Assembly: GCA_017617005.1 (NCBI GenBank)
Contig: JAFZWW010000111.1
Span: forward strand, 3,392 to 67,391
Direction of reading: 5' to 3'
From: Lachnospiraceae bacterium
Lineage (GTDB): Bacteria; Bacillota; Clostridia; Lachnospirales; Lachnospiraceae
DNA length: 64,000 bases
The notes under the pieces were generated by a model that was not told the DNA's origin, ran no database searches, and saw only the letters and a list, made by a program, of their open reading frames with translations. How positions within the stretch are numbered: position 1 is the stretch's first letter; every line of letters begins with the position of its first letter. Positions 39,082-49,626 of this stretch are shown piece by piece. The translations under genes were made by a program, and so were the position numbers.

Positions 39082-39633
39082 TCAGATCTTCTTCAGGAAA
39101 AGGTGCATGTTTCCTTTGTATTCTTTCCGTCTTACAATCTCAAATCCGACTTCTTCAGTATAGCTAAAATCATCTTTTTTGTCAGCCTCAATTATGATCA
39201 TGGTATCGTTGTCGACATATCTCATGACAGAAAGCTGCTTAAGGACGTTTTTCTCATATCCCTTAAGATAAGGAGCATCCATGAATACGATATCGATGTG
39301 CTTTTCAAATACGGACTGAAGTCCTGAGACGGCATCCTGCTTCAGTATAACGGCCTTATCCTGCATCTTGGTGAAATTCACGTTGTCGGTAATGCATTTG
39401 ATGGGTTCTCTGCCGTTGTCGATAAAATATACCTTGGCTGCACCGCGGCTGAGAGCCTCGATTCCGATCTGACCGCTTCCGGCAAAAAGATCGATCATCA
39501 CCGCACCGGGAACGTCTCCCTGTATTATGTTGAAAAGAGTTTCCTTGATGATATCCTGTGTGGGTCTTGTGATATCGTCACCTGCAGGTGTCTTCAAAGG
39601 CATTGAACGGCACTCGCCCGCTATTACTCTCAT
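39082..39633 (-). CDS. rsmD: 16S rRNA m2G966 methyltransferase
   Basis: MRVIAG, TRPT, DLFAGSG.IGIEALSRGA, DAPY. Confidence 0.95.
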   Translation of the reverse strand: MRVIAGECRSMPLKTPAGDDITRPTQDIIKETLFNIIQGDVPGAVMIDLFAGSGQIGIEALSRGAAKVYFIDNGREPIKCITDNVNFTKMQDKAVILKQDAVSGLQSVFEKHIDIVFMDAPYLKGYEKNVLKQLSVMRYVDNDTMIIIEADKKDDFSYTEEVGFEIVRRKEYKGNMHLFLKKI

Positions 39634-39646
39634 AATGATACCTCGT

Positions 39647-41896
39647 TTAGCCTCTAAGCTTTGTTCCCTTGGCTCCGCGCCCGAGAAGCTTTATGGAATT
39701 AAGGGATATTGTCCTTGAACCGTATTCAATGACCGCTTCACTTACGACATCGGTAATATATGCGATCTCAACCTTATCATTGCCGTCAAGGCGCATACCT
39801 TTTACACCGGCAGCGGTCTTCTTCATCTCGGGGATCTCCTCGATCGAAAATCTGATGAAATATCCGTTTGCGGACTGAAGGATGACATTCTCCTCCGTAC
39901 GTACTTTTCTGATGGTCACAATGCGATCATCTTCATTAAGCTTTGTAGCGGTAACGGTACGGCGAGAACTGACATCAAATTCGGTTCCGGATGTAACTTT
40001 GCACATTCCGTTTGCGGTTACAAAGAGATACTTGCCGAGAAGTACAGTTGACAGGTCTTCCGCAAAGATGATCATATCATCGGATGAATCATAATTAGTG
40101 ATGTTATCGACGGGAACACCTTTATCACGGAACTTGGACATGGGAAGATCCATCATCTTGATGGTATGCATCTGTCCCTTTTCGGTAAATACCGCAACTC
40201 TACCGTTATTTCGTACGGGACACTTATACTTGATCTCTTCGTCGATAGCTTCTTTATTTCTTTCGAAGGTTGGCAGGTCGATCATCTTACAGTAACCGAA
40301 TCTGTCCATGATGAAGTAAACATCCATCTCTTCGAACTCTTTTTCTTTATAAACGGCTTCCTCTCCATTCTCGATAACGGTACGTCTCTTGCGTGCGAAT
40401 TCCTTCTTGAGAGATTCAAGATCGGCGATGATGACCTGTGCCATAGACTCTCTTCTGTCGAGAATATCCTCGTATCTGTAGATATTGGCAAGAGTATTTT
40501 CGTGATCTTTGTTGAGGGCATCGATCTCAAGTCCGATCAGCTTATAGAGTCTCATATCAAGAATTGCCTTGGCCTGTCTTTCCGTGAAAAGAAGCTGGCT
40601 TGCCATGATAGAGCTTTCCTTGGTCTTGAACTTTATTCCGTCGGTAATACCTCTTACAAGGCAATCTTCAGCCATCTTACGGTCCCTGGAACCGCGGATG
40701 ATCTCAATGACAAGATCAATGAGACTGCAGGCTTTGATAAGACCTTCCTGGATCTCTTTTTTCTCGTTCTCTTTTGCAAGAAGTGAGTTGTACTTTCTGG
40801 TGTTGACCTCATACTGGAAATCGACAACGGACTTGAAGATATCCTTAAGGGACATTGTCTCGGGACGACCGTCTTTTATCGCGAGCATATTAACCCCGAA
40901 GGTATCTTCGAGATGTGTTTTCTTGTAGAGAAGATTTATGAAGTTCTCCGCATCCGCATCCTTCTTGAGCTCAATGACAATACGAATGCCTTCCTTTGAA
41001 GACTGGTTGGAGATATCGACTATATCCTGGGTCTTCTTGCTTTCGGAAAGAGCTGCAACTTCGGAAAGGAATTTACCGATACCGGCACCGACCATGGTGT
41101 AAGGGATCTCGGTAATGACAACATTCTGATGTCCGTTCTTTAATTTCTCAACATTTGCAACGCCCCTGATCCTGAGCTTGCCGGTGCCGGTCTCATAGAT
41201 ATCCTTGAGGTCATCCTTATTGATCACGCGGCCGCCGGTAGGAAAATCGGGGCCCTTAACGTATCTCATCAGTTCCCTTATGCTGATATCCTCGTTCATG
41301 ATATAAGCTTTCATCGCATCGATCGTCTCACCGAAATTGTGGGGAGGGATGCTTGTAGCCATACCTACGGCAATACCTTCGGATCCGTTTATGAGCAGAT
41401 TGGGTATCTTGCAGGGAAGAACTTCGGGTTCTTTTTCGGTCTCATCGAAATTGGGAACAAAATTGACCGTATCCTTGTCGAGATCTTCGAGAAGCGCAAG
41501 CTGGGTTACCTTCTGAAGACGTGCTTCGGTATAACGCATTGCAGCGGCACCGTCACCTTCGATGGTTCCGAAGTTACCGTGTCCGTCAACAAGCGGAAGG
41601 CCCTTTTTGAAATCCTGGCTCATTACGACAAGAGCTTCGTAAATGGATGAATCGCCATGGGGATGATATTTACCCATCGTATCACCGACGATCCTCGCAC
41701 TCTTTCTGAAAGGCTTGTCATAAGTAAGCCCGAGTTCCCTCATATCATAAAGGGTTCTGCGCTGTACGGGTTTAAGTCCGTCACGCACATCGGGAAGAGC
41801 ACGGGAAACTATGACGCTCATAGCATAATCGACATAGGATCTCTGCATTTCCTCAGAGTATTCTGTTTTTATGATCTTTTCTTCTATCTTACCCAT
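39647..41896 (-). CDS. parC: Type IIA topoisomerase subunit A, probably topoisomerase IV ParC
   Basis: [32 protein letters not shown]; 749 aa with no recognisable GyrA box; not near dnaA. Confidence 0.8.
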   Translation of the reverse strand: MGKIEEKIIKTEYSEEMQRSYVDYAMSVIVSRALPDVRDGLKPVQRRTLYDMRELGLTYDKPFRKSARIVGDTMGKYHPHGDSSIYEALVVMSQDFKKGLPLVDGHGNFGTIEGDGAAAMRYTEARLQKVTQLALLEDLDKDTVNFVPNFDETEKEPEVLPCKIPNLLINGSEGIAVGMATSIPPHNFGETIDAMKAYIMNEDISIRELMRYVKGPDFPTGGRVINKDDLKDIYETGTGKLRIRGVANVEKLKNGHQNVVITEIPYTMVGAGIGKFLSEVAALSESKKTQDIVDISNQSSKEGIRIVIELKKDADAENFINLLYKKTHLEDTFGVNMLAIKDGRPETMSLKDIFKSVVDFQYEVNTRKYNSLLAKENEKKEIQEGLIKACSLIDLVIEIIRGSRDRKMAEDCLVRGITDGIKFKTKESSIMASQLLFTERQAKAILDMRLYKLIGLEIDALNKDHENTLANIYRYEDILDRRESMAQVIIADLESLKKEFARKRRTVIENGEEAVYKEKEFEEMDVYFIMDRFGYCKMIDLPTFERNKEAIDEEIKYKCPVRNNGRVAVFTEKGQMHTIKMMDLPMSKFRDKGVPVDNITNYDSSDDMIIFAEDLSTVLLGKYLFVTANGMCKVTSGTEFDVSSRRTVTATKLNEDDRIVTIRKVRTEENVILQSANGYFIRFSIEEIPEMKKTAAGVKGMRLDGNDKVEIAYITDVVSEAVIEYGSRTISLNSIKLLGRGAKGTKLRG

Positions 41897-41912
41897 TTAA
41901 TTATCCTTAAGA

Positions 41913-43838
41913 TCAAATATCGAGATTAGCGTCGCATGCATGTTCATATATGAATGTCTTACGGGGAGGCACATCCGTTCCCATCAGAAGCTCGGTGGTC
42001 TCCGAAGCCATTCTCGCGTCTTCGATCTCGACCTGTTTGAGTCTTCTGGTCTTGGGATCGAGTGTAGTTTCCCAGAGCTGGTCGGGATCCATCTCACCGA
42101 GACCCTTGTATCTCTGAAGAGTGAAGGGTCCTTTATGCGATGCCCTGTATTTTTCCAAGGCCTTGTCGTCATAGAGATATTCTTCTTCTCCTTTTGAAGG
42201 CATAGCCTTATAAAGAGGAGGCATCGCGATATAGATATGTCCCTCAAAGATAAGCTCCGGCATGAATCTGTAGAAAAGAGTAAGAAGAAGCGTCGAGATA
42301 TGGGCACCGTCGACATCCGCATCGGCCATGATGATTATCTTGTTATAACGGAGCTTGCTTATATCGAAATCATTGCCGTAGCCTTCTGAAAAACCGCAGC
42401 CGAAAGCATTGATCATCGTTTTGATCTCGGCATTTTCAAGTATCTTATTTATTGAAGCCTTCTCTACATTGAGGATCTTACCTCTTATGGGAAGGATGGC
42501 CTGAAACATACGGTCCCTTGCGGTCTTGGCGGAACCTCCTGCGGAATCTCCCTCCACTATGAAGATCTCGCACTTATCAGCTTCCTTTGATACACAGTTT
42601 GCAAGCTTTCCGTTTGAATCAAAAGAAAACTTCTGCTTGGTAAGAAGATTTGTCTTGGCCTTCTCTTCTGCTTTTCTGATCTTCGCAGCTTTATCGGCGC
42701 AATCGATAATGGTCTTGAGGACATCAAGATGTCTGTCAAAATATCTGACGACTTCATCACCGGTAACCTTTGCAACGGACTTTGCCGCATCCTGGTTATC
42801 GAGTTTGGTCTTGGTCTGACCTTCGAATGTGGGATCCGGATGTTTGATGGAAATGACGGCGGTCATACCGTTTCTCACTTCGGTACCGGAGAAATTGGCA
42901 TCCTTATCCTTTAGATTTCCGAGCTGGCGGGCATAGGAATTGATCACAGTAGTGAACTGTGTCTTGAAACCTGTAAGATGAGTTCCGCCCTCGGAATTAT
43001 AAATGTTGTTACAGAAGCCGAGTACGTTCTCATGGAATTCGTTAACGTACTGGAATGCAATCTCAACCTGAATGCCTTCGGATTCACCGCTTATGGATAC
43101 GATCTCTGTTACGGGATCCTTTAATTTGTTGAGGTCCTTAAGGAAACCGACGATACCCTCGGGTTCATGGTATGAAACTATCTCAGGCTCCGGCCCTCTG
43201 TCATCCTTATATTCGATCGTAAGTCCGGGATTGAGATACGCGGTCTCGTGAAGTCTGCTCTTTACTTCATCTTCTTTAAATCTGGTCCTGTCAAAGATCG
43301 TGTCATCGGGAAGGAAGTTTATGGTTGTGCCGTGATCACGGGTCTTACCCTGTGAAGGAAGAAGTCCGTCAACCAGTTCTACTTTTGGTTCGCCCTTTTC
43401 GTAGCTGTCCTTGTAGATGTTGCCGTCTCTTTTGACAGTGATATCGAATCTCGAAGAAAGCGCATTGACTACGGAGGAACCTACACCATGAAGACCTCCG
43501 CTTGTTTTGTAAGCGTTATTGTCGAATTTGCCGCCGGCATGAAGAGTCGTAAGAACAAGTCTTTCAGCCGAAATTCCCTTTTCATGACGTCCTACGGGGA
43601 TACCTCTTCCGTTATCGGATACGGTGCAGGATCCGTCTTTTTCAAGGGTGACCTTGATCGTATCGCAGAATCCGGCAAGATGCTCATCAACGGAATTATC
43701 AACTATTTCATATATAAGATGATTAAGTCCCTTGGTGGATACGGAACCGATATACATTCCGGGACGTACCCTTACGGCTTCGAGACCTTCCAGTACCGTA
43801 ATACTGCTTTCATCATAATTGTCTTTTTTCGGTGACAT
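41913..43838 (-). CDS. parE: Type IIA topoisomerase subunit B, probably topoisomerase IV ParE
   Basis: LEAVRVRPGMYIG, EIVDNS, GGLHGVG, EGDSAGG, PIRGK, DADVDG, RYKGLGEM. Confidence 0.8.
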   Translation of the reverse strand: MSPKKDNYDESSITVLEGLEAVRVRPGMYIGSVSTKGLNHLIYEIVDNSVDEHLAGFCDTIKVTLEKDGSCTVSDNGRGIPVGRHEKGISAERLVLTTLHAGGKFDNNAYKTSGGLHGVGSSVVNALSSRFDITVKRDGNIYKDSYEKGEPKVELVDGLLPSQGKTRDHGTTINFLPDDTIFDRTRFKEDEVKSRLHETAYLNPGLTIEYKDDRGPEPEIVSYHEPEGIVGFLKDLNKLKDPVTEIVSISGESEGIQVEIAFQYVNEFHENVLGFCNNIYNSEGGTHLTGFKTQFTTVINSYARQLGNLKDKDANFSGTEVRNGMTAVISIKHPDPTFEGQTKTKLDNQDAAKSVAKVTGDEVVRYFDRHLDVLKTIIDCADKAAKIRKAEEKAKTNLLTKQKFSFDSNGKLANCVSKEADKCEIFIVEGDSAGGSAKTARDRMFQAILPIRGKILNVEKASINKILENAEIKTMINAFGCGFSEGYGNDFDISKLRYNKIIIMADADVDGAHISTLLLTLFYRFMPELIFEGHIYIAMPPLYKAMPSKGEEEYLYDDKALEKYRASHKGPFTLQRYKGLGEMDPDQLWETTLDPKTRRLKQVEIEDARMASETTELLMGTDVPPRKTFIYEHACDANLDI

Positions 43839-43947
43839 AAAATACCCTCTTGAAGTCTAACTTGCAGAAAAAACAAAGGTTTCTCGTGAAACCCCCGAAC
43901 AGTTGTTTTGCACTATGTGATTTTAACATAGATTTAGATTTCGTACA

Positions 43948-43976
43948 ACAAAAAATCCACTACATTTAGTGGATTT
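43948..43976 (-). terminator. Putative terminator downstream of degV
   Basis: AAATCCACTA-CATT-TAGTGGATTT hairpin followed by a T-run on the minus strand. Confidence 0.55.
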
Positions 43977-44057
43977 CATGCGTCAATAAATATGAATTAT
44001 ATCATTCAATAACGATTGTTTCTAATGGAAAACGGCCTGAAAATCGTTGTTTTGAGA

Positions 44058-44924
44058 TCAGATCTTCTTTGAAACAGCCATTGCAAGCGCACCCGGGCCG
44101 ATATGGCAGGCAATCGAAAGAGAAAGAGGTCTCATGGTTATCTCATATCCGGGGAAGAACTCTTCGGCTTCCTTCTTGAACTGCTCTGCTGCCTCCCGGT
44201 CGTGTGTGTATGCCATCTCAAGGTGTACATTATGGCATTTGTCTGTACACCCAAATCTGGTCTCCATATCACTCTTTATAGCCTTCATGATGATCTCTTT
44301 GCCACCCTGTACCGTACGGGTCTTGGCAAATGAATCAAGCTTTTCGCCCTGTATCTGAAGAACAGGTTTGATACGGAGAAGGGTTCCGATCGCAGCAGCT
44401 GCGGGAGTGAGCCTTCCGCCCTTTTTTAGATATTCGAGTGTATCTATCATAATGTAGATACTGCTCTCAAATTTGACTCTTTCAAGCTCATCCTTGATCT
44501 GTCTTGCAGTCATGCCTTTTGCGATAAGTTCCTGTGCATCGAGGCAGGATTGACGGAGGGTTACGGAGATCCTCTGGTTATCCACGACCTGAACTTTGTC
44601 ATCATAATGCTGAGCAAGCAGATAAGCACTACCGCAGGATCCGGAAAGGCCGCTGGACATCGGAATATGAACTATCTCATCATAATCCTCGAGAAGCTTA
44701 TCCCAGGTCTTCATGACTTCATCGGGTGAAGGCTGGCTTGTATGAATCTCCTCACCGCCTTTAAGTCTTTCGTAGAATTCTTCCTGAGTCAGATTAACGC
44801 TGTCAAGGTATTCCTTGCCGCCGATAAAGAATGGCATGGGTATAACCTTGATACCGATTTCTTCTCCTTCTGCGACCGTCATTGAAGCATTAGAATCGGT
44901 AACAACTGCTATTTTTGAACTCAT
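44058..44924 (-). CDS. DegV family fatty-acid-binding protein (FakB-like)
   Basis: IAVVTDS, TSQPSP, SSGLSGS, LEYLKKGGR, HIGPG. Confidence 0.93.
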   Translation of the reverse strand: MSSKIAVVTDSNASMTVAEGEEIGIKVIPMPFFIGGKEYLDSVNLTQEEFYERLKGGEEIHTSQPSPDEVMKTWDKLLEDYDEIVHIPMSSGLSGSCGSAYLLAQHYDDKVQVVDNQRISVTLRQSCLDAQELIAKGMTARQIKDELERVKFESSIYIMIDTLEYLKKGGRLTPAAAAIGTLLRIKPVLQIQGEKLDSFAKTRTVQGGKEIIMKAIKSDMETRFGCTDKCHNVHLEMAYTHDREAAEQFKKEAEEFFPGYEITMRPLSLSIACHIGPGALAMAVSKKI

Positions 44925-44985
44925 TTATGGTTTCTCCCTCGTAATATAGTTGACATAATTAATATCAACTATTATTTTATGTAAC

Positions 44986-47064
44986 TCAGATCGTTCTGAA
45001 ATCCAGATTATTCCTGCCGAAATATTCTGCTTCTTCCCTGATCAGACGATTTACCTCGCTTGCAAGTCTTCTGTCATTTTTAAGAAGTTCATCGGCAAGA
45101 TTCGATGCGGCATTTAGCAGATCTGCATCCGCATAGACATCAGCCACTTTAAAAGAAAACTCTCCGCTCTGTCTTACACCGAAAAGCTCTCCCGGCCCCC
45201 TGGTCTTGAGGTCATATGAAGCAATCTCAAAACCATCGGAAGTCTTGGCAAGTATACTGAGTCTTTCCATGGTCTTGTCATCTTCCGAACCGGTCATGAA
45301 GATCGCATAACCCTGATCGGATCCGCGCCCTACTCTTCCGCGCAGCTGATGCAGCTGTGACAGTCCGAACCTCTCCGAATTTTCTATCATCATAACGGTG
45401 GCGTTCGGAACATTAATGCCGACTTCTATTACCGTTGTGGAGATGAGTATATCAATATTGCCTGAAGCAAATTCGGTCAGGATATTGTCCTTGTCGGCAG
45501 ATTTCATCTTACCGTGAAGATACGAGATCCTGTATCTGTCACCGAGGATTCCTTTGAGCTTGTCGCAGTAGTCGACTACATTTTCAAGCTCGGGATCGTC
45601 GGAATCGGGATCGGTTGCTTCCACCATAGGACAGATAATATATATCTGATGCCCTTTGGATACTTCATCGGTAATGAATTTATATGCAGTAGGCCTGTAA
45701 TGCTCACCCACAACACAGCTCTTGATGGGACTCCTGCCTTCGGGCATATCCTTGATCGTTGAGACGCTCAGGTCACCGTAAAGAACTATCGCAAGGGTTC
45801 TTGGTATCGGAGTCGCACTCATGACAAGAATATGCGGTCCCGCACCTTTTCCGGCAAGCGCTTCTCTCTGTCTTACGCCGAATCTGTGCTGTTCATCGGT
45901 AACAACAAGACCTAAGTTTTTATAGATAACCTTGTCCTGGATAAGGGCATGCGTTCCGATCACCAGATTGGCTTCACCGGATTCAATATCCTCGTAAGCT
46001 TTTCTCCTTGCGGCAGCCCCGACGGAGCCTGTCAAAAATACGGGTTTAAAAGGAAGACCGTATCGGACCGTCATATCGGAAACCGTCTTAAAATGCTGTG
46101 CAGCAAGTACTTCAGTCGGAGCCATAAGAGCACCCTGATAACCGTTTGCAACAGCATTCAGAAGTGCGATGAGCGAAACGATCGTCTTACCGCTTCCGAC
46201 ATCACCCTGAATAAGTCTGTTCATAACGGAAGGACCCGTAATGTCAGTGATGATGTCCTTACATGCTTTCTTCTGTCCGCCGGTCAATTTATATGGAAGC
46301 CTTTCGATAAACCTTGAGACTTCCGCAGATTCGATCATCGGACATGTATTCGGCGAATCCGTAAGAAGATCTTTATTTTTTCTCAGATACAATATAAAGA
46401 AAAACAGTTCATCAAATGCCAGTCTTCTTCTTCCGGTCCGGATATCTTCGGGAGATTCCGGTTCATGGATAAGCCTGTATGCTTTTCTGTTTTCGACAAG
46501 CCCCAGCTTATTCCTGATCTCTTCCGAAAGATAATCTTCGGAAAACTCGGCTTTGGCCAGCGCGCTTTTAACGGCTTTCGATACGGATGTATTCTTTAGC
46601 CCTTTTGTAAGCGGGTAAATGCACTGATAAGCACCCTGCAGCTCACTGTATTCATCTATGGCATATTTCCTGGGCTGTACAAGGGTGAACTCATTTCCGG
46701 ACTTTTTGACCCTGCCTCTGAAAATATAATATCCGCCCTTTTTTACGGCCTTTGCCATAAAGGGCATATTAAAATATTTAATGACCATCTTGCCGGTATC
46801 ATCACTTACTTCTATGGGAAGTATGGTCATATGGTTTTTCACATGTCTGATATTTCCGATAAGATCGACTCTCACCCTTACAGCTGCGATCTCATCATAC
46901 ATAAGGTCGGAAATATTCTTAAGGCCTCCGAAGACAACATATGATCTCGGAAAAGTCCTCAGCAGATCTTCAAGGGTTCTGATATCAAGATTATGAAAAA
47001 GACCGGCAGTTTTGGGTCCGACGCCTTTCAGATCCTCTACCGGAGAGTTTCCGTTTATCAGCAT
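44986..47064 (-). CDS. recG: ATP-dependent DNA helicase RecG
   Basis: LKGVGPK, QGDVGSGKT, DEQHRFG, SATPIPRT, QLRGRVGRG, RGPGE. Confidence 0.97.
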   Translation of the reverse strand: MLINGNSPVEDLKGVGPKTAGLFHNLDIRTLEDLLRTFPRSYVVFGGLKNISDLMYDEIAAVRVRVDLIGNIRHVKNHMTILPIEVSDDTGKMVIKYFNMPFMAKAVKKGGYYIFRGRVKKSGNEFTLVQPRKYAIDEYSELQGAYQCIYPLTKGLKNTSVSKAVKSALAKAEFSEDYLSEEIRNKLGLVENRKAYRLIHEPESPEDIRTGRRRLAFDELFFFILYLRKNKDLLTDSPNTCPMIESAEVSRFIERLPYKLTGGQKKACKDIITDITGPSVMNRLIQGDVGSGKTIVSLIALLNAVANGYQGALMAPTEVLAAQHFKTVSDMTVRYGLPFKPVFLTGSVGAAARRKAYEDIESGEANLVIGTHALIQDKVIYKNLGLVVTDEQHRFGVRQREALAGKGAGPHILVMSATPIPRTLAIVLYGDLSVSTIKDMPEGRSPIKSCVVGEHYRPTAYKFITDEVSKGHQIYIICPMVEATDPDSDDPELENVVDYCDKLKGILGDRYRISYLHGKMKSADKDNILTEFASGNIDILISTTVIEVGINVPNATVMMIENSERFGLSQLHQLRGRVGRGSDQGYAIFMTGSEDDKTMERLSILAKTSDGFEIASYDLKTRGPGELFGVRQSGEFSFKVADVYADADLLNAASNLADELLKNDRRLASEVNRLIREEAEYFGRNNLDFRTI

Positions 47065-47085
47065 TTTGCTTATTTCCCTAAAATC

Positions 47086-47113
47086 AAAAGAAGGTTCATA
47101 ATGAACCTTCTTT
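47086..47113 (-). terminator. Terminator-like hairpin after fakA
   Basis: AAAGAAGGTTCAT-A-ATGAACCTTCTTT inverted repeat. Confidence 0.55.
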
Positions 47114-47182
47114 CAGATAATATAATGTGGAATATAGATAAACAAACTACTTAATGCCCATATTGATATGATGGGATAAGGT

Positions 47183-48853
47183 TTATTCTACAGAAACAAT
47201 GTAATAATATACAGGCTGTCCGCCATTCTGGATATCTACATCCAGCGAAGAGAATTTCTCTGCGATCTGATCCTTGAGAACATTCGCATCTTCCTCGGTA
47301 ACATCGGAACCGAAATATAAGCTGATAAGTTCGGAAGAATCCTCCACCATTTCACCGATCATCTCAAGAACGACCTGATTCATATCGGTACCGACAGAAA
47401 GTATCTTCTTGTCGCCGATACCCATATAATCGCCTTTTCTGATCTCATGATCATCGATTGAGGTATCTCTTACCGCATAGGTGATCTCACCGGTCTTGAC
47501 AAGTCCGATTGCTTCGATCATAGCCTGCTCATTTTCATCGGCACTGGAACCTGCACTGAAATTGATCGCAGCGGTGATTCCCTGGGGAATGGTCTTGGTA
47601 GGAATTACAAGAACGGTCTTATCTGTAGTAAGATCTCTTGCCTGATTTGCAGCCATGATGATGTTCTTATTATTCGGAAGAACAAACACAATCTTTGCAT
47701 TAACCTTCTCTACCGCATCAAGAATATCAGCGGTTGAAGGATTCATGGTCTGTCCGCCTTCGATCACATAGTCGACACCGAGACTTCTGAAGATCTCCGC
47801 AAGACCGTCACCTGCACTTACAGCTACAAATCCGAATTCGGAAGGCTCTCCCTTGGGTTCGGGAGCTGCGGGCTGCGCGGGCGCGGAACTTTCCGCAGCG
47901 GTAGCGGTTGCTGCCTTCGAAGGCTCAAGTCTGCAGGTGATCTTAACATCCTGCATGATGCCGAATTTAAGTGCCTTCTGAAGAACAAGTCCGGGATCGT
48001 CCGTATTGATATCGATGAATACTTCTTTCCCTTCGAATTTGAATGTCTTGAGCTCACCGATGGAAGCAAGATAACCCTTTACATCACTTTCGATCTTGCC
48101 GTTAACGGAAGCCTTAAGAACAACCTTCATCTCGGCATGATAGATATTCTTCTGAACCTCTTCTGCCTTGCCGGGTCTTGAATCATCAACTTTTGCAATG
48201 GGATCATCCGATATGGTAAGGTCGATATCCTTTCCTGAGAAAAGATCGATCGCACCCTGTATAACCTTCATAAGTCCGGCACCGCCCGAATCGACAACCC
48301 CTGCCTGCTTGAGAACGGGAAGAAGTTCGGGAGTCTGTGCAAGTACCGCATTTCCGTGCTCATAAAGAGCGGGAAGAATTACTTCAAAATCATCGGCACC
48401 GTCTTCGATAAGCTCAGCTGCCTTCTCACCCATTCCCCTCGCAACGGTAAGAATGGTGCCCTCAGTGGGCTTCATAACGGCCTTATATGCGGTTTCAACA
48501 GCCTTGGTGCATGCAGCTCCGAAAAGAGGAACAGTGATGATCTGCTCATCCCTTACGGCCTTGGTAAATCCTCTGAGAAGCTGTGAAAGAATAACTCCGG
48601 AATTACCTCTTGCACCTCTGAGCGAACCGCCGCTCATAGCCTTGCATAATGACTTCATATCAGTCTCTTCGCCAAGGTCCCTTACTTCCTTGGCTGCGGA
48701 CATGATGGTCATGGTCATATTGGTACCTGTATCACCGTCGGGTACAGGGAAAACATTCAGCTCGTTGATCTCTTCTTTGCTCCTGTCGAGATAAATGGCT
48801 CCCGCAAGAAACATCCTGGAAAAGAGTTTAACGTCAATCTCTTTAACTGCCAC
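47183..48853 (-). CDS. fakA: DAK2-domain fatty acid kinase catalytic subunit (FakA/YloV)
   Basis: NVFPVPDGDTGTNM, GARGNSGVI, VVDSGG, GGQTMNPS, GGQPVYYY; GTG 48853 follows GGAGG. Confidence 0.92.
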   Translation of the reverse strand: MAVKEIDVKLFSRMFLAGAIYLDRSKEEINELNVFPVPDGDTGTNMTMTIMSAAKEVRDLGEETDMKSLCKAMSGGSLRGARGNSGVILSQLLRGFTKAVRDEQIITVPLFGAACTKAVETAYKAVMKPTEGTILTVARGMGEKAAELIEDGADDFEVILPALYEHGNAVLAQTPELLPVLKQAGVVDSGGAGLMKVIQGAIDLFSGKDIDLTISDDPIAKVDDSRPGKAEEVQKNIYHAEMKVVLKASVNGKIESDVKGYLASIGELKTFKFEGKEVFIDINTDDPGLVLQKALKFGIMQDVKITCRLEPSKAATATAAESSAPAQPAAPEPKGEPSEFGFVAVSAGDGLAEIFRSLGVDYVIEGGQTMNPSTADILDAVEKVNAKIVFVLPNNKNIIMAANQARDLTTDKTVLVIPTKTIPQGITAAINFSAGSSADENEQAMIEAIGLVKTGEITYAVRDTSIDDHEIRKGDYMGIGDKKILSVGTDMNQVVLEMIGEMVEDSSELISLYFGSDVTEEDANVLKDQIAEKFSSLDVDIQNGGQPVYYYIVSVE

Positions 48854-48866
48854 AGATAAATCCTCC

Positions 48867-49229
48867 TTAATCGATGACCCTGACACCTTCGACGAAGACA
48901 TTGATCTTCTCGACGTCAAGTCCGGTAAACTCTTCTACCTTATATTTAACGCTTTCGATAAGGTTTTCCGAAACGGTCATGATGCTGACACCGTAAGCAA
49001 CGATCACATGGAAATCAAGGATCAGCTTATGATCGGATGAAAGCCTGACATTTATACCTCTCGAAAGATTTTCAGTACGGAGTATCTTGGCAATGCCGTC
49101 TTTTACGCTTATTCCGGCCATTCCGACGATGCCGATGCATTCAATGGCAACGCTTCCCGCATACTGAGCAATAACATCATTATCTACAACAATGTTTCCC
49201 ATATGGGTATTCATGGAAGAACTCTTCAT
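48867..49229 (-). CDS. Asp23/Gls24 family protein (YloU-like)
   Basis: ECIGIVGM, VIVAYGV, INVFVEGVRV; lies between rpmB and fakA. Confidence 0.9.
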   Translation of the reverse strand: MKSSSMNTHMGNIVVDNDVIAQYAGSVAIECIGIVGMAGISVKDGIAKILRTENLSRGINVRLSSDHKLILDFHVIVAYGVSIMTVSENLIESVKYKVEEFTGLDVEKINVFVEGVRVID

Positions 49230-49395
49230 ATAAATCCTCCTTTACTGCAAAACTGTGGTTGATTATATCATAAATATTCGAAAGGGGTCAAAATTTCAAA
49301 AATTCCTTGCATTATTGATTTTCCTTTGATAATATACATATGTTGCGTTTTCGGAAAGTATATTGATTATGTAAATAACGCCGGGAGGTGAGATA

Positions 49396-49581
49396 ATGGC
49401 TAAGTGTGATATTTGTGGCAAGGGAGTACATTTCGGAAATAATGTGAGTCACTCTCACAGAAGATCCAATGCTATCTGGAAGTCCAATGTCCTCAGCGTA
49501 AAGTGCAAGGTTGACGGACAGTCCAAGAGAATGCATGTATGTTCCAGATGCCTTCGCAGCGGCGCTGTAGAGCGTGCATAA
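49396..49581 (+). CDS. rpmB: 50S ribosomal protein L28
   Basis: MAKCDICGK..FGNNVSHSH..WKSN..CSRCLRSG. Confidence 0.97.
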   Translation: MAKCDICGKGVHFGNNVSHSHRRSNAIWKSNVLSVKCKVDGQSKRMHVCSRCLRSGAVERA

Positions 49582-49595
49582 TTTTTTGAATAATT

Positions 49596-49626
49596 AAGGA
49601 CAGGGTTTATGCCCTGTCCTTTTTTT
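49596..49626. terminator. Terminator after rpmB
   Basis: AAGGACAGGG-TTTATG-CCCTGTCCTT followed by a T-run. Confidence 0.85.

Noticed and set aside
39647-43838. Calling these genes gyrA/gyrB
   Set aside because: Subunit A is short, lacks a recognisable GyrA box, and the locus is not beside dnaA-recF; topoisomerase IV is more likely, though unproven.
44960-44990. dif-like TTATGTAAC half sites (also near 49369 and 63961)
   Set aside because: Only a partial XerD arm, without a matching XerC arm; expected by chance in AT-rich DNA.
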